From an uncultured Nitrospiraceae bacterium (lineage in GTDB: Bacteria; Nitrospirota; Nitrospiria; Nitrospirales; Nitrospiraceae): a DNA stretch of 64,000 nt. This document shows positions 19,156 through 30,113 of this stretch, one piece after another. The notes beneath the pieces are model-generated. The model was not told where the DNA came from and did not search any database. It saw nothing but the letters and a program-made list of their open reading frames with translations. The translations under genes were made by a program, and so were the position numbers. Numbering within the stretch: the stretch's first letter is position 1; the number at the start of each line of letters is the position of its first letter. The DNA is taken from NCBI GenBank assembly GCA_963846575.1, contig CAWJWJ010000002.1, forward strand, positions 1,568,001 to 1,632,000. Reading direction: 5' to 3'.

Positions 19156-19701
19156 ATGGCACGGCACATTGAGAAGGTGACCTCGCAGAAGCACGGATCG
19201 TTTGGAGAGGAGCCGGGGCAGGGGACACCCCCTGAAATCATTGAAGTTGATCAGGCCCAGACAGCGGACGGTCTTTCGGGGATCAGCTGTCCGGTAAACA
19301 AATGCGACGGGCGTCTGAGCGCCGGAGCTTCCGGTTTTGACGCCAGGACCGCGCTGGAGTCCCTGGTGTGCCCACTCTGTGGTCATCGGGGATTACGATC
19401 GCGTGACGGTGTGGTGCTCCTATTTCGAAGCGGATATGAATTCAAGTTTAGTTATGGTCCTTCAGTGCAGACCATTACGATCATTTTGAGTTCAGCTGCG
19501 GTCAATCTGTGGAGCACCCACGACGTCATGGATGATCACCTCGCGAGGGTCGCAGCAGAGTGGGCCCTCCTGTGCGGCCATACCGACAAACAAATCCATC
19601 TGGGGCTACCCGCTGCGGAATTTGCAGATTTTTATCTCTACTTCTGCAAACAAAAAGAGAACCTCCTGAAGCAACCGGCTGGGCGGTCGTCCCGGAGTTG
19701 A
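19156..19701 (+). CDS. Hypothetical protein with probable zinc ribbon
   Basis: CPVNKC...CPLCGH Cys pairs; AGGAG RBS before ATG 19156. Confidence 0.6.
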   Translation: MARHIEKVTSQKHGSFGEEPGQGTPPEIIEVDQAQTADGLSGISCPVNKCDGRLSAGASGFDARTALESLVCPLCGHRGLRSRDGVVLLFRSGYEFKFSYGPSVQTITIILSSAAVNLWSTHDVMDDHLARVAAEWALLCGHTDKQIHLGLPAAEFADFYLYFCKQKENLLKQPAGRSSRS

Positions 19702-19738
19702 TGACTCGACCCTTTTTCACTGGAATGCACCGGAAAAG

Positions 19739-20305
19739 CTACCATTTCCCCAGCCAGTTCCTGCTCCCCGCGTAGTACGACGTAATCGCAATCGCTAGAA
19801 GAAACAGAATTTGCATGACGTGCTGAACGAGCACACTGGGCTCGATCGTTCTCGTCACGAAGAGGACGGCTGCGGCTACCAGTGTGACAATGAACGTGGT
19901 GCGCTTGGGGCAGAGAGTGCCATCGCGCTTACTTTGGGCCGCCAGTGCGATCCAGACGCAGGCCCAGCCGATAGCTCCCACGACCAGCGCCGCGGCGAGA
20001 TCCGTCAGTCCGACCATGAGACTGCTCAATCCCAGCTCGGTCTTCGGTCTGCGCGGCAGTTCGATTCGAATACGATAGAGCTCACCAACGGAAAGAGCCA
20101 ACCAGATCAACAGAATACCCAGCAGAAAGCTGCCCCGGCTCATTTCTTCGGAGAAGAGACGTTTGCCGGGCGAGGCTTGCGTGGAGGCCTTGAGAGGCAG
20201 ACCTTGAAAGTGGGGCGTAAAATCGTAGCCGCACTCGCAGAACTGTGCTGCGTCGGGATTAGAGAGCAGACAACGGGGACACTCAAGAGGCACCGGTTCG
20301 CTCAT
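19739..20305 (-). CDS. Hypothetical membrane protein with N-terminal zinc ribbon
   Basis: CPRC..SNP..AQFCECGYDF followed by about 4 hydrophobic segments. Confidence 0.65.
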   Translation of the reverse strand: MSEPVPLECPRCLLSNPDAAQFCECGYDFTPHFQGLPLKASTQASPGKRLFSEEMSRGSFLLGILLIWLALSVGELYRIRIELPRRPKTELGLSSLMVGLTDLAAALVVGAIGWACVWIALAAQSKRDGTLCPKRTTFIVTLVAAAVLFVTRTIEPSVLVQHVMQILFLLAIAITSYYAGSRNWLGKW

Positions 20306-20375
20306 GTTCTCGCCACTGGCATGTTAGAATCGCCGAATTGACCTGTCCCGGGCCGTACTGGTATTGGAGGACGTG

Positions 20376-20771
20376 ATGACTCAGCCGACGCGGTCATTTG
20401 TATTTGCATTGTGGGCTGCCCTATTCGCCGCCTCATCCGTGGGGGCCGGCGCTTTCGGTGCGCACGCGCTCAAAACCATCTTGGATCCACCGATGCTCAT
20501 CGTATACGAAACAGCGGCGCGGTACCAAATGTACCATGCTCTGGGCCTTTTTGTCGTAGCCTGGTTGTATCGCGAGACTCATGATGGATGGGCAGTGACG
20601 GCGGGGTGGTTGTTCTGTACCGGGATTCTTCTCTTCAGCGGCAGCCTATACGTGGTGGCCTTGGCTGGAATCAAGTGGATGGGCGCGCTGACTCCCCTGG
20701 GGGGTCTGTGCTTCATTGCCGGATGGATGTGCCTGGCCTGGACGACATGGCATGCCCGGCACGATCACTGA
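20376..20771 (+). CDS. DUF423 (YgdD/TMEM256) family membrane protein
   Basis: GAFGAHAL, TAARYQMYHAL, GILLFSGSLY and TPLGG...IAGW. Confidence 0.93.
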   Translation: MTQPTRSFVFALWAALFAASSVGAGAFGAHALKTILDPPMLIVYETAARYQMYHALGLFVVAWLYRETHDGWAVTAGWLFCTGILLFSGSLYVVALAGIKWMGALTPLGGLCFIAGWMCLAWTTWHARHDH

Positions 20772-21790
20772 TGACGACGCTGCCGCACCGCCGGCTTGTC
20801 ACCTGGCTTTGAGAAACAGGACGCGGTGCGTTTCCCGGTAATGGATCCCCAGCCTCCTGCCGTGTTGACGAAGGTTCCTTCCAGTCGTTGGCCTTCCGCC
20901 GAAAACAGGAGACTGTCTTCCTGCATGCCGGCCCTCGTCTCCCATCGAAGATAGACACCGTCGCCAAGCACGACGATTTCCGCAGGACTGACTGCGGAGG
21001 TGGATCCCGGTGGGGCAAAGGTCACGGCGGTCTTTTCCTCTCGATGGTTCTGGTGGTTGTGAATCGACCATTGCCACGTCCCGCACAATCGTCCCAGCCC
21101 CCGTTGCTGTCGCACCTGATCTTTCCAATTCCATAGTCGAAACCACTCCCGGTACACGGTTTGAATCGTCCTGGTTTCAATGCCGGCGGCAACCTCGGCC
21201 AGGGTCAGTCCCACATCCTCATCAGGTGCCGAACCAGCGACCCCGTCCGAGGTCGTTTCTTGAGGATGATCAGGTCGCAAGAGCGTCAAGAGGCGACGAA
21301 GGGCCGGTTCCAGATTCGTGCCTTCTGCTACCCAATCTTTCTGAGTCGTGATCTGTCGGTACAGTTCTGCCGATTGTTCATCGCTCGCGGATGGACGTAG
21401 CTCGCGCACCGCATGCGACAGCCGCCATGCCGCGAACCCGCGCACGAGTTGGGTCGCCGACCTGGTCAGGTCGGGCAACAGCAGCTCCTGAGCCACGGCG
21501 GGAGAGAGCCCCCTGGCCCCAATCGTCATTGCCGCATCCTTCAGGCCTAAGCTCGGGCCGATCTCATTCTTGAAGAGCGTCAAGGCATCGCCTTGCTCGG
21601 GTAGTAATGCCAAGTGGGGGGCACTGGTCCGCAACACTTCGTCAAAAGCCGGAAAACGATCGGTGAGGGTTGCCTGTGCCGGAGCTGGTGGCTCGGCAGC
21701 CATTGTGACAGTCCAATGATCGGCAACGAGCACGGCCGTGAGGCAGAAAGCTCCGATACTGAGTAGGATTCGATTCGGGTGGTGTGCCAT
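20765..21790 (-). CDS. Hypothetical exported protein
   Basis: 341-aa ORF with signal-like N-terminus and C-terminal beta-rich domain (RLCGTWQW..HNHQNH). Confidence 0.7.
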   Translation of the reverse strand: MAHHPNRILLSIGAFCLTAVLVADHWTVTMAAEPPAPAQATLTDRFPAFDEVLRTSAPHLALLPEQGDALTLFKNEIGPSLGLKDAAMTIGARGLSPAVAQELLLPDLTRSATQLVRGFAAWRLSHAVRELRPSASDEQSAELYRQITTQKDWVAEGTNLEPALRRLLTLLRPDHPQETTSDGVAGSAPDEDVGLTLAEVAAGIETRTIQTVYREWFRLWNWKDQVRQQRGLGRLCGTWQWSIHNHQNHREEKTAVTFAPPGSTSAVSPAEIVVLGDGVYLRWETRAGMQEDSLLFSAEGQRLEGTFVNTAGGWGSITGKRTASCFSKPGDKPAVRQRRHQ

Positions 21791-21898
21791 GAGTGAAGCC
21801 GCTCCGGTTCGAGCTAAGCAGAATGGAGAAAAACCAAGGCCTGCTGCAGGTGAGCATCAGCAGACCATGGTGATACTCTCTGTCCCTCGCCGAACCTG

Positions 21899-22690
21899 TT
21901 ATGTTCCCTGAAAGGAATTTTTTAAAAACGCCACGGTGGCATCCCAGGCTTGGGCGGAAGCCGCCGCGTCGTAGCTGGCGGGGCGTGTTTCATCGCAGAA
22001 TGCATGCGAGGCACCCGGATATGTCCTAACTTCGATCCGTTTACCCTGAGTCGCTGCGTGACGGAGATGCTCGACATCCTGTTGAGTGGCCCAGGTGTCC
22101 TGCTCCGCCTGGTGATACTGCAGCGGACCCAGCATGTTGGTTAGCAGGTCCGGGGCCGTGACCTTTCCGTAAAAGGATACCGCTGCGCGCAGACGCTTGC
22201 GCTGGCAGGCGAACCGGATGGCAAGGGACCCCCCCATGCCAAAGCCAACGACACCATGGATGTTGCGCTTGATGTGTTCGAGCGTATTCAAATATTCGCA
22301 GCAACTATTGATGTCCTGAAGCAACAGCTGATCGTTGCACTTGGCCAGAAGCGCTTCCGCCACCTCCGCATTGGCCGTTACCATGCCGCCGAGACGCCCA
22401 TATAATTTCGGAATGATCACCCCATACCCCTCGCAGGCCAACCTCATGCCCAGGTCCGTGATCTGCGAATTCATACCCCACCAGTCATGCAGAAGCACAA
22501 TGCCGGGGTACGCGACTTTGTCTTGAGGCCAGTACTGGATGCATTCCACCTGCACGTCTTTGGTCACACGCGTCTTGATGTAAGGATCCACCATGGCATC
22601 CGTCGCGCTGGGAATCGCCGTCCCACTGGGGAAACGAGCCGTACTGGTTCCGATCTGGTGTAGCGAAAATGGGGCGGCCTGAGTAGTCAT
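21899..22690 (-). CDS. Dienelactone hydrolase family protein
   Basis: LHDWWG, LACEGY.V..P.LY.R, GVVGFGMGG nucleophile elbow (Gly at the usual Cys position), SFYG and YPGASHAF; GGAG-type RBS. Confidence 0.88.
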   Translation of the reverse strand: MTTQAAPFSLHQIGTSTARFPSGTAIPSATDAMVDPYIKTRVTKDVQVECIQYWPQDKVAYPGIVLLHDWWGMNSQITDLGMRLACEGYGVIIPKLYGRLGGMVTANAEVAEALLAKCNDQLLLQDINSCCEYLNTLEHIKRNIHGVVGFGMGGSLAIRFACQRKRLRAAVSFYGKVTAPDLLTNMLGPLQYHQAEQDTWATQQDVEHLRHAATQGKRIEVRTYPGASHAFCDETRPASYDAAASAQAWDATVAFLKNSFQGT

Positions 22691-22847
22691 GGGCGAGGAG
22701 GTCCTTTCTCGATTGGCGTCTACCGTCCATCGGCTGTTCAAAATGTACTATAGGGAGCGCATTTGGGCGTTGTCAATCAACGGCGCCACGGGTTGCTCGC
22801 GCCATATTGACCACCCGGCGCGGCCTCGGTACAGTGCGTCCCCATTG

Positions 22848-23837
22848 ATGGTCTCCGACACACCTACACCTCTCGGCATCGGACTGATCGGGCTCGGTCG
22901 TCACGGCAGGCGATATGCCAAACACCTGATGGCCGATCTGCCTCAGGCTCGCCTGGTTGCGGTGAGCCGTCGCCGCACAGGTGAGGGGCATGGGCTGCCC
23001 GCAGATCTGGCCGTCGCCTGTTACTCCGACTATCGCGATCTGATTGCCGATCCCGATGTGGCAGCGGTCGTTGTCGTCACGCCCCCGACGCTCAATCGGG
23101 AGATTTGCCTCGCCGTCATGCGGGCGAACAAAGCCTTGTTGGTTGAGAAGCCATTGGCCCTCACGGCAGACGATGCCCGCGCGATCGCGCGGGAAGTCCA
23201 ACAACCGGGACAGGTGAGGATGACGGCGCACACGCTCCGGTATGACGCCGCGATCGTCGGCCTTCGCGAACGGCATGCGCAGATCGGCGCGCTTCAATAC
23301 CTCAGCCTGGCCAGTCGCATGGAACCGCACGGGTCCGGTGACGAGGTTCAGGGGTTCGGCGGCCGCGGCTGTTTGCTCGAAACCGGGATCCACCTCCTGG
23401 ATTTAATTCGTGTCCTGACAACGGATGAGGTTCATTCGGTCTCCTGCGAGATGGACGTACTGCCTCCGCAAGGAGCAGAGCACCGGATCGTGGGGCGACT
23501 CATGACAGGCCGCGGAATACCATGTCTCTTGGATGTGTCGCGGGTCTCGTCGGGGCGGATCGGACGGGTGGAATTGATTGGTTCCGAGGGGCAGTTGTCG
23601 GGGGAGTGGTGCGGGCAGCGGGTGGTACAGGTGTCTGCGCGACATGGTGATGCAGCATGGCACACCGCTGCCGACCCGACGGTACTGAATACGTTACGCG
23701 AATTTGTGCGAGCCGTACGCGAGGGTCTGCCGCCTCCGATCACCCTTGAAGACGGCAAGCGCGCAGTCGAAATAGCCGAGGCCTGTTATGCCTCGGCGCG
23801 GCAGGGCGGACGCACGGTTCCGGTTGAATACGCCTGA
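22848..23837 (+). CDS. Gfo/Idh/MocA family oxidoreductase
   Basis: IGLIGLGRHG Rossmann motif, LVEKP and GGRGCLLETGIH..D. Confidence 0.9.
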   Translation: MVSDTPTPLGIGLIGLGRHGRRYAKHLMADLPQARLVAVSRRRTGEGHGLPADLAVACYSDYRDLIADPDVAAVVVVTPPTLNREICLAVMRANKALLVEKPLALTADDARAIAREVQQPGQVRMTAHTLRYDAAIVGLRERHAQIGALQYLSLASRMEPHGSGDEVQGFGGRGCLLETGIHLLDLIRVLTTDEVHSVSCEMDVLPPQGAEHRIVGRLMTGRGIPCLLDVSRVSSGRIGRVELIGSEGQLSGEWCGQRVVQVSARHGDAAWHTAADPTVLNTLREFVRAVREGLPPPITLEDGKRAVEIAEACYASARQGGRTVPVEYA

Positions 23838-23838
23838 C

Positions 23839-24075
23839 CTAGGTTTCAGCGACGATATGGGTATCGGTTTCTTCCACGCCTTCGATGGCATGAATGCGGG
23901 TAATCACGACATCGGAGAGGGCGCGCTCATCCGCCACGTTGATAAATACGAAAATATCCGGCTGCCCGAAACAGGCGTGAATTTGCTCGACGCCGGCAAT
24001 GCTTTTGAGCGAGGCGAGGACCGACTTCCCTTTGCCTGCTTTCACCTTAATGAGAATGTACGCTTTGGTTGCCAT
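23839..24075 (-). CDS. Lrp/AsnC ligand-binding-domain protein (no HTH)
   Basis: KAYILI.V..GK...V...L..I.GV......FG..DI...I...I.GV..T.THIV; GAGGAGG RBS. Confidence 0.85.
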   Translation of the reverse strand: MATKAYILIKVKAGKGKSVLASLKSIAGVEQIHACFGQPDIFVFINVADERALSDVVITRIHAIEGVEETDTHIVAET

Positions 24076-24146
24076 GGTGCCTCCTCGGGCTGAGAGTCGT
24101 GAACATTAGGTGGCTCGACGTCACTGATTCATTGTGTGCGGGACGC

Positions 24147-24770
24147 TCACTCCGAGCTGGCGCCGGGCATTTCCCGACGCCGCTGGGCATACACCTCGTG
24201 AAAGGTCTTGCCCTGCGTCAAAAAGGCGGCCGCACTCCGCTGATACAATTGCGCAAGGATTTCGAAATCCTGCCTGTCGATATTGAATTCCCTGAAGCCG
24301 TCGTCGAGGCCCGTCGCGTTCCATTCGCTTGGGGCTCGCCCGGCCTGGATTACCGCATCCAATGTGTCCGCAGACCAGCCGCTCTGGCGAAACGAGGCTT
24401 CAACCTCTTCCGCGCGGTCACCGAATCTAGCGCGGTGGGCCTCGGAAAAAAACTCTTTTATGGCGGGGTGCTGGCTTTTCAGAAAGGCCGATTGGAATTG
24501 TATGGTGGCTTTGATGATCTCATTGGCTTGCGCCGTACCTTCCGGCGGAAGAATCCCCGCGTCCTGAAAGGTCGCAAGCAGGGCCATGACCGACCCGATG
24601 TATGTCGAAGCGGTTCTCGCGGATTGAGCCACCGGGAGCGACACAGCCGGTGGTGCTGCCCATGGGGACTGACTTACGCCTATGGAGGGAAGGAGCATCG
24701 ACAACGAGAGGCCCGTGCCTAGAACATATGACTGAATCGAACGCCTGCGCCTCTCGTCGCAAGTCTTCAT
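24147..24770 (-). CDS. Hypothetical exported protein
   Basis: ORF with hydrophobic signal-like segment and helical body; start uncertain. Confidence 0.65.
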   Translation of the reverse strand: MKTCDERRRRSIQSYVLGTGLSLSMLLPSIGVSQSPWAAPPAVSLPVAQSARTASTYIGSVMALLATFQDAGILPPEGTAQANEIIKATIQFQSAFLKSQHPAIKEFFSEAHRARFGDRAEEVEASFRQSGWSADTLDAVIQAGRAPSEWNATGLDDGFREFNIDRQDFEILAQLYQRSAAAFLTQGKTFHEVYAQRRREMPGASSE

Positions 24771-25007
24771 CCGGAGTTCAACCAGATGAAATGCACAAAA
24801 CCTGCGGCGCGGCATTACGGGGGGTGAGGGCATGGCGGGCATTATACAGAACAGGCGCAAGTCACGCTACCGCGCGGACCCGGGGGGGCCGACAAGGCAG
24901 CAGATGATTGAATTCAGGAGAACCGGCTGCCTATAATTCGGCCACTGGAGCAGGTTTTCAGGCACCCCTGATGCTCTGAGCACTTACTTCCCTCCCGTCT
25001 GGATGAG

Positions 25008-26543
25008 GTGACAGTGCTGGCGAATGTTGTGAGTGCGGCGATCGTCGGAGTGGACGCACACCTGGTGGATGTGGAAGTGGATATTTCGTCCGGGCTTCCG
25101 CAGTTCTCAATCGTGGGACTCCCTGATGCCACCGTGCGAGAGAGCCGTGACCGTGTTCGTGCGGCGCTCAAGAATAGCGGCTTCCGCTTTCCTGTGAAGA
25201 AAATTACCGTCAACCTGGCACCTGCGAACATCAAGAAGGAGGGAGCCGGCCTGGATCTGGCCATCGCGCTGGGCATTCTCGCCGCCGAGGAGATCCTTCC
25301 CGCTGACGCCGTCAAGGGGCATGTGTGTGTTGGTGAATTATCACTTGATGGCCGCCTGAAACCGATTCCCGGTGCGCTGTCCATCGGGGTCGTCTGTCGC
25401 CGTCGTCATCGCGTACTGATCTCCGCCGACAACGCGCCCGAAGCCGCACTAGTGGAGGGGGCGGAAGTTTTTCCTATCCATACGTTGCCTGAAGCGGTTG
25501 AATTCCTGCGTGGGACCCAGACCATCGCCCCGCTGTCGAACTTCAGCGAGAGCAAGGGTTTCGTCGGATCGCTCGAAGACGAGGACTTTGTCGATGTCAA
25601 AGGGCAAGCTCATGCGAAGCGGGCGTTGGAGGTCGCGGCAGCCGGAGGCCACAACCTTCTCATGTTGGGGCCTCCCGGAGCAGGCAAGACGATGTTGGCC
25701 CGACGCCTTCCGGGGATCCTGCCCTTGCTGGCTCAAGAGGAGGCGCTGGAAACCAGCCGGATCCATAGCGTGGTGGGGCAGCTATCCCCGATTCATCCTC
25801 TGATGCATCGCCGTCCTTTTCGCGCCCCCCATCACAGCATTTCGGAGGCCGGGCTCATCGGTGGCGGGTCGACACCGCGGCCGGGTGAGGTCTCACTCGC
25901 GCACAACGGCGTCCTGTTTCTTGATGAAGCCGGCGAGTTTGGCCGCGCCACGCTCGACGCATTGCGACAGCCGCTCGAAGACGGCCATGTCACCGTCACT
26001 CGCGCCAGCGGGTCACTGCGTTTTCCTGCGCGCTTTATGCTTGTTGCGGCCATGAACCCCTGTCCCTGCGGTTACTATGGAGACCGCACGAAAGACTGCC
26101 TGTGCAGCGCCGCCCATGTGAGGCGATATCGGAGCCGGCTATCCGGCCCGCTGCTGGATCGTCTGGATCTTCAGATCGAAGTGCCAGCTGTGCCGATACG
26201 CTCGCTAGGCGAAGACCTTCCGGTCACCGATTCATCGGCGGCGATCAGAGCCAGGGTCATGGACGCACGCAGTCGCCAAGAAGCTCGGTATCGCCGCGAA
26301 GGGATCTACACCAATGCGCAATTGAAACCGCGCCACCTGAAGCAGTATTGTGCATTGAATCTGACAGGGCGTGAGTTATTGGAGCAGGCCATGACTCGTT
26401 TGGGATTTTCAGCCAGGGCCCATGGGAGGATTCTTCGTGTGGCACGAACTATTGCCGACTTGGCTGAGTCTGTTACTATCGAGCCGTCGCATCTGGCCGA
26501 AGCCATTCAATATCGAAGTTTTGACCGGCGGATAGAATGGTGA
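25008..26543 (+). CDS. comM: YifB/ComM Mg-chelatase-like AAA+ ATPase
   Basis: VGLPDATVRESRDRV, ITVNLAPA, GELSLDG, GPPGAGKTMLA, RPFRAPHH, PGEVSLAHNGVLFLDE, MNPCPCG and RVARTIADL. Confidence 0.95.
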   Translation: MTVLANVVSAAIVGVDAHLVDVEVDISSGLPQFSIVGLPDATVRESRDRVRAALKNSGFRFPVKKITVNLAPANIKKEGAGLDLAIALGILAAEEILPADAVKGHVCVGELSLDGRLKPIPGALSIGVVCRRRHRVLISADNAPEAALVEGAEVFPIHTLPEAVEFLRGTQTIAPLSNFSESKGFVGSLEDEDFVDVKGQAHAKRALEVAAAGGHNLLMLGPPGAGKTMLARRLPGILPLLAQEEALETSRIHSVVGQLSPIHPLMHRRPFRAPHHSISEAGLIGGGSTPRPGEVSLAHNGVLFLDEAGEFGRATLDALRQPLEDGHVTVTRASGSLRFPARFMLVAAMNPCPCGYYGDRTKDCLCSAAHVRRYRSRLSGPLLDRLDLQIEVPAVPIRSLGEDLPVTDSSAAIRARVMDARSRQEARYRREGIYTNAQLKPRHLKQYCALNLTGRELLEQAMTRLGFSARAHGRILRVARTIADLAESVTIEPSHLAEAIQYRSFDRRIEW

Positions 26544-26770
26544 AACCCTCTCCCCTCATTCACACGATGCGCGTCTTTGCCTGGTGGTTTATCGTGGGTG
26601 CCACCATGGCGCTGGCGGTGATTCTCCTCCAGGGAGGGATCCGCGAGGCAATGCAGGCCCAGGGGTCGGTCTGGGAATTAAAGTTGGTGGAGCTCCTGAC
26701 GACGGTCCTGGGCGGTGGACTGTTGGGAGGCTGCATTGCATTGATTCTGGATCGAATCAAGAAATCCTAA
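26537..26770 (+). CDS. Small two-TM hypothetical protein
   Basis: Overlaps the comM stop; two hydrophobic helices; alternative start 26567. Confidence 0.65.
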   Translation: MVKPSPLIHTMRVFAWWFIVGATMALAVILLQGGIREAMQAQGSVWELKLVELLTTVLGGGLLGGCIALILDRIKKS

Positions 26771-26810
26771 CCGCACCACTGGTGCCGCACAGCATAAGGA
26801 GCAGTAAGGA

Positions 26811-27236
26811 ATGGATATTGAAGTCGGCTCGAATCTATATCGGAATTCTAACGGTATCATTCATATTGAAGGGGTGCCGCAGTTCGAAGTGGCAATTAAG
26901 GAACCGGCGCGGACCTTGCTCGTGAATTTTGCTTTGTTCGATGAGGTGGGGCGAATGATGGCCAAAATCGTCGACAGCAACCTGACTTTTAATGAGCGGC
27001 GAGCCTATCAGCTGGCCAAGAGCCCGACGAGTCTCTCGTTAAAACACGAAGCCTCGGGGACCGTTGTCTTCTCGATGGAACTGCGTGAGGGCAATCGAGT
27101 CGTCATGAACCGCGGCACGTTTCATACGATTAAAGGCCATCGGCTGGACGTATCGCAGACCGAATGGCGCATAGATAAGAAACAATTCAGCGGGAAAGAG
27201 ACGGACCTGCAGGGAGGCTCGGTCCTCCTGGGCTAA
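26811..27236 (+). CDS. Hypothetical protein (beta-rich)
   Basis: 141-aa ORF with AAGGA RBS and coherent codon usage. Confidence 0.75.
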   Translation: MDIEVGSNLYRNSNGIIHIEGVPQFEVAIKEPARTLLVNFALFDEVGRMMAKIVDSNLTFNERRAYQLAKSPTSLSLKHEASGTVVFSMELREGNRVVMNRGTFHTIKGHRLDVSQTEWRIDKKQFSGKETDLQGGSVLLG

Positions 27237-27288
27237 CTTTAGAGCTCAAGCGATGTATTCCTATCCCTGCGTCTGCTCCGCTGCCTGA

Positions 27289-29883
27289 TTAGGGCGTGAC
27301 CGTGGGAACGATCACGATCTGTCCGTCCTTCAGATCGACCATGGCGGTATCTCCGTCCCGCAGTTCGCCCTTGATCAACTGACGCGCCATGGGAGTTTCG
27401 ATTTCCTGTTGAATCAGTCTTTTAAGCGGACGGGCTCCATACACAGGATCATACCCACGCTGCCCGAGATTCGCTAAGGCGTCCGGGCTCACGGTCAGTC
27501 TCATCCGTCGCTCCAGCAACCGGGCGCGCAACCGCTCCAGCTGAATTTCCACAATTCGCGACAGGTGCTCGTTCCCCAGGGCGTGGAAGACCACGATTTC
27601 ATCGACCCGATTCAAAAATTCCGGCCTGAAGTGAGACCGCAACTCGCCGGTGACCTGCGCCTTCATGGTTTCGTAGGTGGCGCCGGCCTGTTGAGCTTCG
27701 AGGATGTGCTGGCTACCGATATTTGAAGTCATGATCAGGACGGTGTTTTTGAAATCCACGGTGCGCCCCTGAGAATCGGTCAGCCGCCCATCGTCGAGGA
27801 CCTGCAACAAAATATTGAACACATCGTGATGCGCCTTTTCGATTTCATCAAACAGGATGACAGAGAACGGGTGTCGGCGCACCGCTTCGGTGAGCTGTCC
27901 GCCCTCTTCATATCCCACATAGCCGGGAGGTGCCCCGATCAGCCGCGCGACGGTGTGTTTTTCCATGTATTCAGACATGTCGATACGGATGAGGTTGGAT
28001 TCGTCGTCAAACAGCGTCGCGGCGAGCGCACGAGCCAGCTCAGTCTTTCCTACACCCGTCGGCCCGAGAAAGAGGAATGACCCGATCGGGCGATTGGGAT
28101 CCTTGATGCCGGATCGAGCCCGCAAGACCGCGTCAGCCACCGCGGTAACCGCTTGTTCCTGGCCCACGACGCGGGTGTGCAGAAGTTCATCTAACTTCAA
28201 GAGTCTCTCCTGTTCGCCTTCGACCAAGCGAGTGACCGGGATGCCCGTCCACCGGCTCACGACCGCAGCAATGTCCTCTTCGTCGACTTCTTCTTTCAGG
28301 AGCCGCGTCTCATTTTGCTTTTTACCGAGTGATTGCTGTTCCAGGCCCAGCTCCCGTTCGAGTCGCGGAAGCTCTCCGTACCGCAATTCAGCAACTTTAT
28401 TCAGGTCATAGGCTCGTTCAGACCGCTCGATCGTCTGTTTGACTTCCTCGATTTGCTGGCGGATTTTCCTGAGCTTGCTCACCGAGTTTTTCTCGGATTC
28501 CCACCGCGCCTTCAAAGCTCCGAGGTCGCGGTTCTTGTCGGTCAATTCATTTTCGATGGTCTGGAGCCGTGCTTTGCTGCCGGCGTCGGTTTCCTTCTTG
28601 AGCGCTTCCCTCTCGATTTCCAGTTGCAGCACTTTCCGCGACACTTCGTCCAACTCGGCCGGTAAACTGTCGATTTCGGTGCGGAGCCGCGCGGCCGACT
28701 CGTCAACCAGATCAATCGCCTTGTCCGGCAGAAACCGATCCCCGATGTACCGGTTCGAAAGTTTCGCCGCCGCAACCAGAGCGGCGTCCTTGATGCGTAC
28801 TCCATGATGGACCTCATAACGTTCCTTCAGGCCGCGCAAGATCGAAATGGTGTCCTCCACGCTCGGCTGATCGACTAAAACCGTTTGAAAGCGACGTTCG
28901 AGTGCGGCATCTTTTTCGATATGTTTTCGATACTCGTCGAGGGTAGTGGCACCTATCAGATGCATTTCGCCTCTGGCCAACATCGGTTTGAGCAGATTGG
29001 CGGCATCCATCGCACCTTCGGCTGCCCCGGCGCCCACGACCGTATGCAATTCGTCGATGAACAGCAGCACCTGCCCCTGTGCGGCTTGGACTTCTTTTAA
29101 GACCGCTTTCAAACGCTCCTCGAATTCCCCACGAAACTTCGCGCCGGCGACCAGCGCCCCCATATCCAGGACGACGACACGTTTCTGCTTCAAGCCTTCC
29201 GGCACGTCTCCCTTCACGATGCGTTGCGCGAGACCTTCTACAATGGCCGTCTTACCGACCCCGGGTTCACCAATGAGCACCGGATTGTTTTTCGTTCGTC
29301 GGGAAAGAATCTGGATGGTGCGACGGATCTCCTCGTCCCGACCGATGACGGGATCCAATTTCCCCTGTCCGGCCAGTTTGGTCAGATCCCGACCGTATTT
29401 TTCCAGCGCTTGATATGTGCCCTCCGGATCCTGGCTGGTGACTCGCTGGTGACCCCGTACCTGTTGCAATGCCGTGAGCAGGCGATCACGCGTGAGGTTC
29501 AACCGCCGCAAAACACCGCCTTCCTCCACCATAGCCAGGACAACGTGTTCAACGCTGACGAACTCGTCGCGCAATTCCTTCATTTGGTCTTCGGCTTTCG
29601 TCAAGAGGGAGCCCAGACGCGGAGTCAGATGAATTTGCCCCGGCGCCGCGCCCGGACCTTGCACTTGAGCCAGTTTGGACAGGGCCTGGTCTGCGGCTTG
29701 ACGTACCGCGGCAGGAGACACTCCCGCTTGTTCAAATAAGGATCCCGCAATGCCTCGCTCTTGCTCCAAAAGCGCCAGGAGCAGATGCTCGACATCAATG
29801 CCCTGGTGCCCCCGGCGCATGGCGATGGCTGATGCGCTCTGCAGCGCCTCCTGAAGTTTGACGGTCATGCGGTTCATATCCAT
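27289..29883 (-). CDS. clpB: ATP-dependent chaperone ClpB
   Basis: Two AAA modules ([16 protein letters not shown]), KDAALERRF, long middle coiled coil and GARPLKR; 864 aa. Confidence 0.98.
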   Translation of the reverse strand: MDMNRMTVKLQEALQSASAIAMRRGHQGIDVEHLLLALLEQERGIAGSLFEQAGVSPAAVRQAADQALSKLAQVQGPGAAPGQIHLTPRLGSLLTKAEDQMKELRDEFVSVEHVVLAMVEEGGVLRRLNLTRDRLLTALQQVRGHQRVTSQDPEGTYQALEKYGRDLTKLAGQGKLDPVIGRDEEIRRTIQILSRRTKNNPVLIGEPGVGKTAIVEGLAQRIVKGDVPEGLKQKRVVVLDMGALVAGAKFRGEFEERLKAVLKEVQAAQGQVLLFIDELHTVVGAGAAEGAMDAANLLKPMLARGEMHLIGATTLDEYRKHIEKDAALERRFQTVLVDQPSVEDTISILRGLKERYEVHHGVRIKDAALVAAAKLSNRYIGDRFLPDKAIDLVDESAARLRTEIDSLPAELDEVSRKVLQLEIEREALKKETDAGSKARLQTIENELTDKNRDLGALKARWESEKNSVSKLRKIRQQIEEVKQTIERSERAYDLNKVAELRYGELPRLERELGLEQQSLGKKQNETRLLKEEVDEEDIAAVVSRWTGIPVTRLVEGEQERLLKLDELLHTRVVGQEQAVTAVADAVLRARSGIKDPNRPIGSFLFLGPTGVGKTELARALAATLFDDESNLIRIDMSEYMEKHTVARLIGAPPGYVGYEEGGQLTEAVRRHPFSVILFDEIEKAHHDVFNILLQVLDDGRLTDSQGRTVDFKNTVLIMTSNIGSQHILEAQQAGATYETMKAQVTGELRSHFRPEFLNRVDEIVVFHALGNEHLSRIVEIQLERLRARLLERRMRLTVSPDALANLGQRGYDPVYGARPLKRLIQQEIETPMARQLIKGELRDGDTAMVDLKDGQIVIVPTVTP

Positions 29884-30113
29884 ATCGCGTACTCCTGGGT
29901 GTGTCTCTCGACATGAAGGAACATAATCATATTGGCTCCCAAGTCAAGACTGTTCATGGCGTGGCGCGGGACCGACTGATCCTGAAATAAGCTTCCATCC
30001 TGGCTTGACCACCTGGGGTATTCCAGCTTATGGTCCGCCTCCGAATGACTCCAGTGCGGTAAGGAACGGGCCAGCTTGCCGTTGGTAGGTGGTCCCTTGT
30101 ACAACCATTGTCT

